Assembly: GCA_951406725.2 (NCBI GenBank)
Contig: OX597814.1
Span: 84,630,001 to 84,694,000 of the forward strand
Length of the DNA: 64,000 bases
Direction: 5' to 3'
Source of the DNA: Octopus vulgaris
Lineage: Eukaryota
How positions within the stretch are numbered: position 1 is the stretch's first letter; the number at the start of each line of letters is the position of its first letter. Of the stretch, positions 39,949 to 50,555 are shown piece by piece. The notes beneath the pieces were generated by a model. It made no database searches, was not told the DNA's origin, and worked only from the letters and a program-made list of their open reading frames with translations. Position numbers and translations under genes: made by a program.

Positions 39949-40044
39949 TGAATTTTCTGCTGCTTAAAATAAAGCATATTACTCTACCACTGGTATTTGA
40001 GTACTCTTTTTTCCACCTTGTTTCACATTTATGTGTTTACTCCG

Positions 40045-40080
<36 letters not shown>

Positions 40081-40639
40081 GCACAGGACTGGCTGTGTGG
40101 TAAGAAGCTTGCTTTCCAACGCATGGTTCCAGATTCAGTCCCACTGTGTGGTACCTTGGGCAAGTGTCTTCAACTAAGGTTTTGGGCTGACCAAGGCCTT
40201 TTGTGTGGATTTGGTTGGCAGAAACTGAAAGAAGCCCAGTCATATATATGTATATATTTATGTGTGTGCATGTCTTTGTGTCAGTGTTTGTCCTCCCCAC
40301 CATTGCTTGACAACCAATGTTGGTGTGCTTATGTCCCTGTAGCTTAGTGGTTCAACAAAGCGACCGATGGAATAAGTCCTGGGGTCAATTTCTTTGACTA
40401 AGAAAACCCTTTAAGTCAGTTCCAGCATGTCAAATAACTGAAACAAGTAAAAGAATAAAAGAATATATATAAATTATATTTATGTATGATATAATATATA
40501 TATATAATTTAGACATGTGTATGCACATGTACACACACACACACAAATACAGACACAAATGCATGCGCATATAAGGATACACATTATAGAAGAACAGAAT
40601 GGACTAATTGGAGCAGGAGCACGCACAAGGACAGAAAGT

Positions 40640-40681
40640 GTTGCTGAAGAGGTCACAGATGTGTGATGAAAGATTTCCAGT
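40640..40681 (+). ncRNA. Minimal type I hammerhead ribozyme motif, second family
   Basis: GUUG-CUGAAGA-G-GUCACA(GAUG)UGUGAU-GAAA-GAUUUC-CAGU: intact core, 6-bp stem II, near-palindromic stem III, UUC triplet, 4-bp stem I with two G-U pairs. Confidence 0.6.
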
Positions 40682-40845
40682 TAAAATAAGAACAGTAATT
40701 AACGAGTGAAGAACAAATATATAATGCCTGTGTATATTTGACAAAAAAAATGACCATCCTGAAATACAACAATATATAATTTATATAAAGTATATAATTT
40801 AATACATTATTAGTTTATATAATTGACATTGTTAATTGATTTCAG

Positions 40846-41005
40846 GAGGAAAAAGGTTGGCTGACTGACGAATATGAAGTGAAACACACGCTCCTTCGTC
40901 AACCATTTCAATGGCAACCAAACATCGGTGACGATGAGAATGGAACTAAGGTGCTGAAATGTCGGAATTCCATTCAAGGAATACAAATAATAGCAGATGA
41001 CAGAG
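40846..41005 (+). CDS. SPRING1: SPRING1 coding exon 2
   Basis: Acceptor gatttcag|GAG. Translates EEKGWLTDEYEVKHTLLRQPFQWQPNIGDDENGTKVLKCRNSIQGIQIIADDR(G), with the conserved CRNSIQG motif and an NGT glycosylation sequon. Donor G|gtaggt, phase 1. Confidence 0.95.
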
Positions 41006-41287
41006 GTAGGTATTTACAATGTCATATTTACTATAGGGCAGCATTTGGTGATATAGGAAATTATAGAGCATAGGCGTAGTCAAGATTGTAACCGAGAATG
41101 TTCCCAATTATTAACTGTTTGTGACCTAATTTACATATGTGTATGTTTATAGTATATACATATATTATAACCCAGAAGAATTGGTTTGTCTGAATATGAC
41201 CAGTTCACCCCTTGACTCTATGTGTTGTGTAATATAAACTGCCCTACCACATCAAATGTCTTTTTAATCTATCATCATCATCATACC

Positions 41288-41345
41288 CACCACCACCACC
41301 ACCACCACCACCACCACCACCACCACCACCACCACCACCACCACT
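41288..41345. repeat. (CCA)n microsatellite
   Basis: Direct reading. Confidence 0.95.
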
Positions 41346-41384
41346 ACATTTATATTTGATCACTGCAAGATAAAATAGTCACTA

Positions 41385-42010
41385 ATAGTAATAATAGTTG
41401 TTTCAAATTTTGGCACAAGGCCAGTAATTTTGGGGGATGGAGTTGATCAGTTACATTGACCCCGATGCTCAGCTGGTACTTATTTTATCGACCCCGAAAA
41501 AATGAAAGGCAAAGTCGACCTTGGCAGCATTTGAACCCGGAATGTAAAGAGCTGAAAGAAATGCCACTAAGCAATTTGTCCGGCATGTTAATGATTCTGC
41601 CAGCTTGCTGCTTTTAAATAATGATAATAATGGTTTCAAAATTTTGGCTCAAGGCCAGAAATTTTGGAGGAGGAGATAAGTCGGCTACATCAACCCCAGT
41701 ACTCAATTAGTACTTATTTTATCTTCGAGAGGATGACAGGCAAAGTCAATCTTGGTAGAATTTGAACTCAAAATGAATAATAATAATAATCCTTTCTACT
41801 AAAGGCACAAGGCCTGAAATTTGGTGGGGAGGGTACTAGTCAATTACATCAACCCCAGTGTTTCACTGATACTTAATTTATCGACTATGGAAGAATGAAA
41901 GGCAAAGTTGACCTTGGTAGAATCTGAACTCAGAACGTAAAGTCAGGTGAAATACTACTAATCATTTTGCCTGGTGTGCTAACAATTCTGCCAGCTCACT
42001 GCCTGAATGA
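41385..42010 (-). mobile_element. Array of 3 Nin/Deu-domain SINEs separated by (AAT)n (others at 4577-4793, 26290-26745, 42520-42680)
   Basis: Same consensus as 60256-61500, reverse complemented. Confidence 0.85.
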
Positions 42011-42387
42011 TAATTTGTGGAGACCCTCTTCAGCCATGACTGACCATGGGATTGCACCTAGGAACAAGTCCGGGCAAGGTTGTTTATGGAAGATCAGCAG
42101 TCACCCATGCATACCAGCCTCCTCTCTCCACGCCACCAATGTTATCCAAGGGAAAGGCAAAGGGGCTGATATAGCTTGGCACCTGTGATGTCGCAACTCA
42201 TTTCTATTGCTGAGTGAACTGGAGCAACGTGAAATAAAGTGTCTTGCTCAAGAACACAACATGCAGCCTGGTCTGGGATTCGAACTCACAACCTCATGAT
42301 TGTAAGCTTGTCGCTCTAACCACTGAGCCATACACCTTAATGATGATGATGATAATAATAATAATTATAATAATAATAATAATAATA

Positions 42388-42500
42388 ATTCTCAATTCAA
42401 GCAGACCAGTTGCTTGAGCACAACAAACCAGACTTATTGGTGGTGGACAAAGTAAACCACATATGCTTTATAATTGATGTTGCCTGCCCAATTTGATCCA
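42388..42500 (+). mobile_element. R4/Dong-clade restriction-like endonuclease fragment
   Basis: FSIQADQLLEHNKPDLLVVDKVNHICFIIDVACP (PD..D motif) directly after a (TAA)n run. Confidence 0.7.
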
Positions 42501-43415
42501 TGGTCAGTTAAGGTGACCACTAAAGGCACAAAGCCTGAAATTTTGGGGGAGGGTTTAGTTGACTACATCGACCTCAGTGTTTCATTGGTACTTAATTTAT
42601 TGACCCTAAAAGGATGAAAGGCAAAGTCGACCTTGGTGGAATTTGAACTCAGAACGTAGTGATAGGCGAAATGCTGCTGATGCAGCACCAGGCATTGACT
42701 CTCATGGTTTCTGATCTAAATGATTGGAATTGTTTTCATGAACATGTTTTGTTTTGGTATAAAAAGTGGGCTACAGCAAATATTCTGCTTAATACCGCAG
42801 ATTTTGCTTGTCAGTTGCTTGACCTTATCCAATTGAACATGTCCCTTAGTGGCTGATGATATGTGCATCTCTGATCATGAGAAGGATTAGTATGGGAGCA
42901 TCATAGCCATGTGATGAGAGGAATTCTTTGGGGTTTGAATAATTCACTTCTGGAAACATGAGCATTTTAAACCCTATTCAGGGACATTTTGAGTTTGGAT
43001 AGGCTACTTGACCTGAAGAAAATTCTAACTGGGCCTCACCAGCAAGGTCATACACTGTTTATCCTGATATGAGCTTACCATGTTGCGCACATATGGTTGG
43101 GATGCATGTACCTAGTGTAGTCATGATGGGTATACTGGACTTCATATATTTGTACCTCAGTGTCACTGATGGCATGCATTGCTCTCTCACTCAAGAATGA
43201 TAATAAAAAGTCTTCAGGAGTTCCAACAAAATCTGAGATAAAAGAGTAACAATAATGTTTCGAATTTAGGCTCAAGGCTGGCAATTTTAAAAGGAGTGGG
43301 GTTAGTTAATTACATCAACTTCCACACACTACCACATTCACTGCTTCACCTCCCAACCCATGAATTTCCTCTATTAACTTGTTTTGATAGCAAAGTTATG
43401 TATTCTGTTTGCCAG

Positions 43416-43567
43416 GTTATGTATGTGAGCGGTCAGCTATCTTGACTGGTGGCTGCTGTGATGCCTCTGTGCCACAGACCAGTCGCTATAACTGTAACAG
43501 TTGCCAGGAGAACCACTGCTGTGTCATCTATGAGTACTGTGTTTCCTGCTGTTTACATCCTGACAAG
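43416..43567 (+). CDS. SPRING1: SPRING1 coding exon 3 (Cys-rich domain)
   Basis: Acceptor tttgccag|GT completes the phase-1 Gly codon. (G)[50 protein letters not shown] matches family motifs GYVCER, GCC and YEYCVSCCL. Donor AAG|gtaaga. Confidence 0.97.
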
Positions 43568-44026
43568 GTAAGATATTTTAACTTGATGCACTCATCCATC
43601 TCCCTTTCTCTCTCTCTCTCTGTGCTTCTTTTAACTCCTACATGCACACCTATATACATATGCATTTCTCTCTCATACACATGTGAACATTTATTCTATC
43701 ACTCTTACATACATATCTGCACATGCACACACAGAGACACAAATACTCTATTATTCTTATGCAGACATTATCACTCTTACATGCATACACTAACACTCTT
43801 ACACACACACTATTGCTTCTACAAACATTATGACACTTATATGCACATGCAGTTATTCTTAAATATATAAACTACTAGTCTTATGCGCACACTGTCACTT
43901 TTACACAAACATAGACACAATCACTATTACACACACACACACACACATTATCTTACACCTCTATATATTAACTTTACCTTTCTTACACACTCTCCCATGC
44001 ACTTTTCTTACACAGACACTTTATCA

Positions 44027-44079
<53 letters not shown>

Positions 44080-44159
44080 TTCCTTCCTTCCTTCCTTCCT
44101 TCCTTCCTTCCTTCCTTCCTTCCTTCCTTCCTTCCTTTCCTTTCCTTTCCTTTCCTTTC

Positions 44160-44213
<54 letters not shown>
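44027..44213. repeat. Compound (TTTC)n/(TTCC)n/(TTTCC)n microsatellite
   Basis: Direct reading. Confidence 0.97.
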
Positions 44214-44214
<1 letters not shown>

Positions 44215-44650
44215 GTTGCCACACCCACTTTGTTTTGTATCCCCTTTCTATGTATGTATGCATGTGTTTGTGTACTGTGTTTGTGAGTGGTGTGGCAGTT
44301 CAGCTAAACCAATCAGCGTTTATCTTTAGGAATTTGATATCTGGTTGCTTAACATGCTGAATTCTGATTAATGATTGAGAGGCTCTGCCTTCACACACAT
44401 ACACACTCAATTCTATTTAATTCATTTTACTTAACATTAGGTGAAGGCACATAGCTGCACATAACTTAGTGATTAGTTTGTTGCACTTTTGATCATGAAA
44501 TCATGGTTTCAATTCCCAGGCCGGTTGGTGCATTGAGCAAAATACTTTATTTCATAAGAGCATTGTAGTCCACTAGAAGCATTGTATTATCAAAGAAGGG
44601 AAAAAAAGGTAAGTGGGAAAGCTTCAAACAATGCAGAAAGTTTCACAAAA

Positions 44651-44688
44651 CCTTTATATTTCAAGCACAAAGGCCCATCCTCAGAAGA
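44651..44688 (-). ncRNA. Degenerate minimal hammerhead motif
   Basis: Minus strand reads UCUU-CUGAGGA-U-GGGC(CUUUGU)GCUU-GAAA-UAUA-AAGG. Confidence 0.45.
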
Positions 44689-46338
44689 AAAGCAGTCTGA
44701 GAAATGTCTAGATATACAGGCTGCATTAACCCATTCAAATTCCTCAGCGTTATGTTAGCAGCAGCAGTCACTCTCCAAATGTAGGTGGTTCATGTTGCTT
44801 CAGTCTACTTAGATGTAAACAAGTCCCAGCCAAAGGTATGAAGGTATGGTGTCCTATTTAGTGGAAGAGTGTTGCAGTGTCAATCACTTATATGCCATTG
44901 AAACAAGCTTAAGCTCTAACCTTATTAGTCCTAGGGCTCATGACAGACCTAACTTAAACTTTAACCATTTTGTTACCATATTTCTAACAACAGGTACTGC
45001 CATTGTTTCAATTAATTCTTAAAATAACGAAGAATTTAGTGACTGAGAATTTTGATGATATGCTGTGCTTGGGAAGACTCGTCAAGCCAAGTGAAATTGT
45101 AATCAAGGCTGTTGCCGGTATCATGTAAATGGTACCCACGAAATCATAATCATAGCCATTGCTGGTAGCATGATCTTTGAATGTTGGGCCTCAAGGAGGT
45201 GATGATAAGTGATTGAGACCATTGGCGATTTGCTGTGCTTGAGAAAACTTGTCGAGCCAAGTGAAATCATAGTCGTGGCCATCGCCAGTGTCACATAAAT
45301 GGCACCTGTGAAATCATAGCTATGGCTGTTGCCAGTGTCCTGCAAAGGGCACCCATACCAGTGGCATGTAAGAAGCACCCATTATGCTCTTGGTGTGGTT
45401 GGCATTTGGAAGAGCATCTAGCCATAGAAGCCATGCCAAATCAGACTGGAACCTTGTGTAGCCCTCCGACTTACCAGTTCCAGTCCAACCATTTAACCCA
45501 TGCCAGCATGGAAAGCAGATGTCAAATAATGATGATGATGATTATTAAACTGTGGTCTGGGACAAATTAGTATAACATTTTGATGGAAGAAAGAAAGTGA
45601 TAAAGATGGAAGAAAGAAAGTGATAAATTTAGACCAAACAATAAAGTTTGTCATAGATCCTGGGGCAGTCTCAGGTGGGTTGGTATCAAAAAGGGTTAAT
45701 ATAAATGGTCATACCTTGTTGCTGCTGGAATAGTTTGCCAAGTTGCTTGAATATTCACTGAGAACATGATCAATATTTTACCTTTCACCTCTTTCAGTCA
45801 TTAGAGTGCAACCACGTTAGGGTACTACTTTGAAGGAGTTAATCGAACTAATTGAACCAAGTACATATTTTTATAAAGCCTAGTCTATTGGTCTCTTATT
45901 CTATTAATTTCTTTTTGCTGAACTTGTAAGTTATAAGGACATAAACAAGCCAAGTGGTGGTGGTGGGAAGAAAAATCACAGACACATACACGCACATATA
46001 CATATATGTAACTAACTTCTTTCAGTTTCTGTCTATCAAATCCACTCACAAAGCTTGGATTTGTCAGGGGCATGCCTGTCAGTTGTTTCTTTCAATTAGT
46101 TTCATCTTCTATAGATGTTTTTTTTTCGTTCTTTGTTTCAGCAACAGAAACGAACTAAGTATGATGGGGACAAGCACAATCACTAGACACACACATGCAC
46201 ATGTAATGAGCTTCTTTCAGTTTCAGTCTACCAAATCAATTCACAAAGCTTGGATTGGTTTGGGGCATGCCAGTCAGTTGTATTTTTTTAAAAATTAGTT
46301 TCATCTTCTATACCTGTCTTTTTTGTTCTTTGTTTCAG

Positions 46339-46452
46339 CAACAAATCCTAAAGAATATCCTGAAGCAACCAATTAACACATACAGTCAGTTATTTTCATC
46401 TCTGAAGGACCATTACGAGTTATGTCTCATGAAGTGTCGTACTTCCTCACAG
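46339..46452 (+). CDS. SPRING1: SPRING1 coding exon 4
   Basis: Acceptor ctttgtttcag|CAA. QQILKNILKQPINTYSQLFSSLKDHYELCLMKCRTSSQ (family motif DHFELCLAKCRTSSQ). Donor CAG|gtaaac. Confidence 0.96.
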
Positions 46453-48326
46453 GTAAACTTCTCATTGATGTAGGCCATAGAGTGGCAAAATCATCAGTGT
46501 TATTTTTTTGTTTTTAATCTTTTACTTGTTTCAGTCACAGGGCTTTGGTTATGCTGGGGCATTGCCTTGAAGGTTTAGCCAAACAAATCAATCCCATTAC
46601 TTGTTTTTTTCTTTTTTAAGTCTAGAATTTATCCTGTTGCTAAACTGCTAAGTCATGGAGATGTGAACAAACCAACACCAGCTGTCAAATGGTAGGGGAC
46701 AAACACAAACAAACACACACACACACACATGCAGGTATGCACACACGCATACACAGACACACACACACAGGATGGGCTTCCACAGTTTCTCTCTACCAAA
46801 TTCCCTCACAAGATATTGGTCAGCCCAAGGCTATGATAGAAGACCATTCTGAATTCAAGTCCTACTGATGTAAAGTTTGCCTTTCATCTTTGCAGGGTGG
46901 TTTATTTTCTGAGTAAGATAGCAAACTGCATTCAGTGTTAAGGTTCCAGCTTGGGAGTTCAAGAGTTAGTCTTGGGTGGGTAGGGTGTTTTTCCTTAGTG
47001 ATTACAGCTCTTGGGTCCAACGGGTCCAAGATAGTAAGTAGTTCTTATCAAGGGCCCACAGAAGATGGTCCTGCAGCTAAGATAGATGTACATCTGATGC
47101 CAACAGTATACCTGATGCAACCCCCCCCCCTTTTTTGTAGATTTATTCACTGTTCACTTCCTGTGTGTATTCTATATAGTGTTCATACAGTTTTGGTTAT
47201 ATTTTATGATGAGTTGTAGTGCACTTGAGCACTGTATACAATAAGTTCATTCTAAAGGTCTCAAGGAAGAACTGGCCCATAGACATGCTACATATGTCCA
47301 CCAGGATGTGGACGTATGTGGACATAACTGATGTCATGTGAACCATTCCACCCCACCTCCCAGCTTTCTTAAGGGTTATATAGATCTTATGCTTCAAGGG
47401 TAAGCTGGGAGAGCAGGACACTAGTAAAATAAACTGTAAATAAATCAGCAAAAGTAATGAGAAACCACTGCTGTATATTTCCTAAGAAAAATCCTAAATC
47501 TTCAGAGTTTGATAAGGAGATAAATAATCACTGATGCTTATAGGCATGGCACATGAAGAGACAGAAAGAGAAGGTAAATAAAATGATGTAACCACTCAGA
47601 TACTGGGATTGGTTTAATATTTCTATAAACCTTCCTAGATATGAATGGAATTATCATCTAAGATCCAGATACTATCATGATAAAACATAAAAATAAATGA
47701 ATGAATGAAATGAGCACTCGACAGATGTAACATTTGTTGGCTGGTGTAGAATACCATTACAGCATATTACACACTGCTTAGTCTCGAGTGTCACTATTGT
47801 ATTAGTAATTTACAATAGAATGTATCTAGGCAATGATCTGGCAAAATCATTTGCACAATAGGAAAAGTGCTGAGCAGCATTGAGTCTATCTTTATGTTCT
47901 GAGTTCAAATTTTACCAAGGTTGTCTTTGTCTTTCATCCTTTCAGGGTCAGTAAAATGAGTACCAGTTGTGTACATTCATACATACATACAATGGGCTTC
48001 TTTTAGTTTCTGTCTACCAAATCCACTCACAAGGCTTTGGTTGGCCTGAGGCTATATCAGAAAACACTTGCCCTTGGTGCCATGCAGTGGAACTGAACTC
48101 GGGTACAACTTGATTAAAAAGATTTGAAAATATCAATTTTAATCTTTTAGTATTCTAACAGGCCATATAGGCCCAGATATTCTTCTTCCTGTTCTAACTA
48201 GATCTGGCCTCTCACACCTACCCTACAATGTCATTCTTAAAACAAAGAATCACACGTACATATGTATGTACATATGTACGTACATACATGCATGCATACA
48301 TACATACATACATATGTACATACATA

Positions 48327-49140
48327 CATGGTGTGATGGGTAAATTGTTGCCATTTTATGTTTTTAATTTCACCAATGTGCATTGTTTGTTTTTGATTTT
48401 ATCAACTACACAGTACGGTAGGTTCAGCTGGGCACCATCTGTGAGAAAAACAGCACCATGACACACTGACAGAAATTTGAAAATGACATGCTGTACTGCA
48501 AGGCATTCATGCTGGAAGCTCCAATACGAACATTCCAGAGTGTTTGGGTGTCAATCTGAGGACAGTGCAATCTGAGAACATGTACCAAGAGTGATAAAAA
48601 TCAAACATCCAGTCAACATTATAGTGTTTGGAGTGATCACTAGTGATGGTGATGCTGTGCCTCCATTTATCTTCCCACGTGGCCTCAGACTTAACACAGA
48701 GGCCTACATCAAGTGCCTGGAGGAGATAGTGCTGCACTGGGTCAAGGGGATGCCTGCTAGGAGACCCTATGTCTGGCAACAGGACCCTGCACCATGCCAC
48801 ACAAGCAGAAGAATCCAGTCATGGCTGTCAGACAATTTCTGCAACCACATCACCCCTAACATCTGGCCACCTAAGTCCCCAGACTGCAACCCTCTCGAAC
48901 TATTATGTGTAGGGCAAAATTCCTTGTAACATCAAAAATGCCATCCAGAAGAGTTGAAGGAGATTTTGAAGTCATCTGGGGGCCGTGGTTGAAGCAAAGG
49001 GCGATTTTATTGAATAAATTTACTCATTAGTATTTCAAGATATTTTAATGTAATTTTGGTAAATATATCTGTTAAAATGAGATGTCAGTGTTATTTTCAT
49101 TTTTGTGTAATTTAGACGATAATTTATTCACCACACCCAG
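48327..49140 (+). mobile_element. Internally deleted Tc1/mariner element, DD37D (maT)-type, in SPRING1 intron 4
   Basis: ORF 48591-48929 has VFGVITSDG, YVWQQDPAPCH and WPPKSPDCNPL, with 37 residues between the second and third catalytic positions. Removing one base restores PLDYYV. Imperfect ~26-bp TIRs CATGGTGTGATGGGTAAATTG and reverse complement CTGGGTGTGGTGAATAAATTA, TA flanks. Confidence 0.88.
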
Positions 49141-49367
49141 TATATATATATGTACATTTATGTGTGTGTGTCTTTGTGCCTGTGTTGTCCCCCCACCATT
49201 GCTTGACAACTGATATTGGTGTGTTTACATCTCTGTAATTCCATTTAAGGTAGTGCTCCAGCAAGGCTGCAATCAAATGACAAATGAGTTAAAAAAATAT
49301 AAATTACAATTTTATGTCAACATTTATATTCATTTAAATTTTCTTTTTCTTTTCTTTTTCTTTTCAG

Positions 49368-49457
49368 AGTGTTCAACATGAAAATTCCTATAGAAATCCA
49401 CAAGCTAAACACTGTTATGGGGAAAATCCTCCAGATATACAACCACTTATTCCCTAG
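49368..49457 (+). CDS. SPRING1: SPRING1 coding exon 5 (last coding exon, TAG stop)
   Basis: Long polypyrimidine tract, ttttcag|[32 protein letters not shown] (family motif SVQHENxYR..CYG). Joined CDS is 609 nt, 202 aa. Confidence 0.96.
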   Translation, partial: SVQHENSYRNPQAKHCYGENPPDIQPLIP

Positions 49458-50522
49458 CATTAACTACAGCTTCTGGCTGCAATTATTTTCATCTTGATCA
49501 TCCATTTCCATCTCAGGGTTAGCATTATTGTAAATATTTCATTGTGACACTCATTGACTGCTACATCTTCAGTTCTCATTTGAAACTTCACTGTCATGCT
49601 ATTTAATCACATTGTCACTGAACCGAACCACATGTACAGAGTACCTTTTTCCATTTTTTTTTCCATTCTTTTTTTTTTTAACCCCCATTATCATTGGTTT
49701 TGTTTCTGTATGACAGGAACAGATATGGAAATGTTATGTTAAAGAACATTTCGAAAAAACAAGAATATTGGAATGAATGTTTCTTCTCGTCTCTCAATTA
49801 CCATCATGTTCTGTTGTATTGAAATAGTATTGTCCTATTTCATGCTGGAACATCTTGGCGATTTAACTTTTCAACTGGTTACATTAATCAACACAGAAAG
49901 GAACCAATTACTGAGCCAGACTTTTATTTAAAGACAAAAACAAAATTTAAAAACAAAAATAAAACAAAAACAAAAAACAAATAAAAAAGAAACAAAAAAC
50001 GACAGCAAAAGACAAAATAAAGCAAACAACCTAACGTTATCTTCAGCAGTAGCAGCAGCAATGATGGCAGGCGAAGGGGAAAATTTAGATTTGCATGAAT
50101 CTCTGTTTCACCTGGATGCATGGCTATCTGCTTATGACCAATACACCCTCCACCCTGGAGCTCCCTGGTTACAGGTGAGCTCTCATTTGTCTCCCTTGAA
50201 AATGTCTCCTCACTTTAAATTGCTTTTTTTTTGTTTTTGCCTTTCTTTCTTACTCTCTGTATATGCGCTCTGCTTTACACAAACACAGCCACCCTAGAGG
50301 TAGCCTACCATTATTATAGTTATGATAGATGTTGTGTAGAGAGAGGTAAATCTGTAACTTACTTTTGATTCTTGGCTGAAACTAAATTCACTTCATCTCT
50401 TACCCTGCTAGTGCTACTGGAAAGGCATGTATGTCACACGATCTCCCTCTTACCCTTAAACTTGCATCTCAGTGAGAAATTTTTCTTACTTTGATAGATA
50501 GCCCTAATATTACTATAGAGAT

Positions 50523-50555
<33 letters not shown>

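Larger units (their letters stand above)
39779..39974. repeat. Perfect 196-bp palindrome (98-bp arms, no spacer); inverted duplication of a PLE pLTR-like unit
   Basis: Arms 39779-39876 and 39877-39974 are exact reverse complements when read base by base. Confidence 0.97.

Noticed and set aside
40865-40895. CTGACGA...GAAAC inside exon 2 resembling a hammerhead core
   Set aside because: No convincing stem II, stem III or stem I pairing. Explained by coding sequence.
43883-44329. ORFs with SFFL / KERK repeats
   Set aside because: Translations of the (TTTC)n/(TTCC)n microsatellite.
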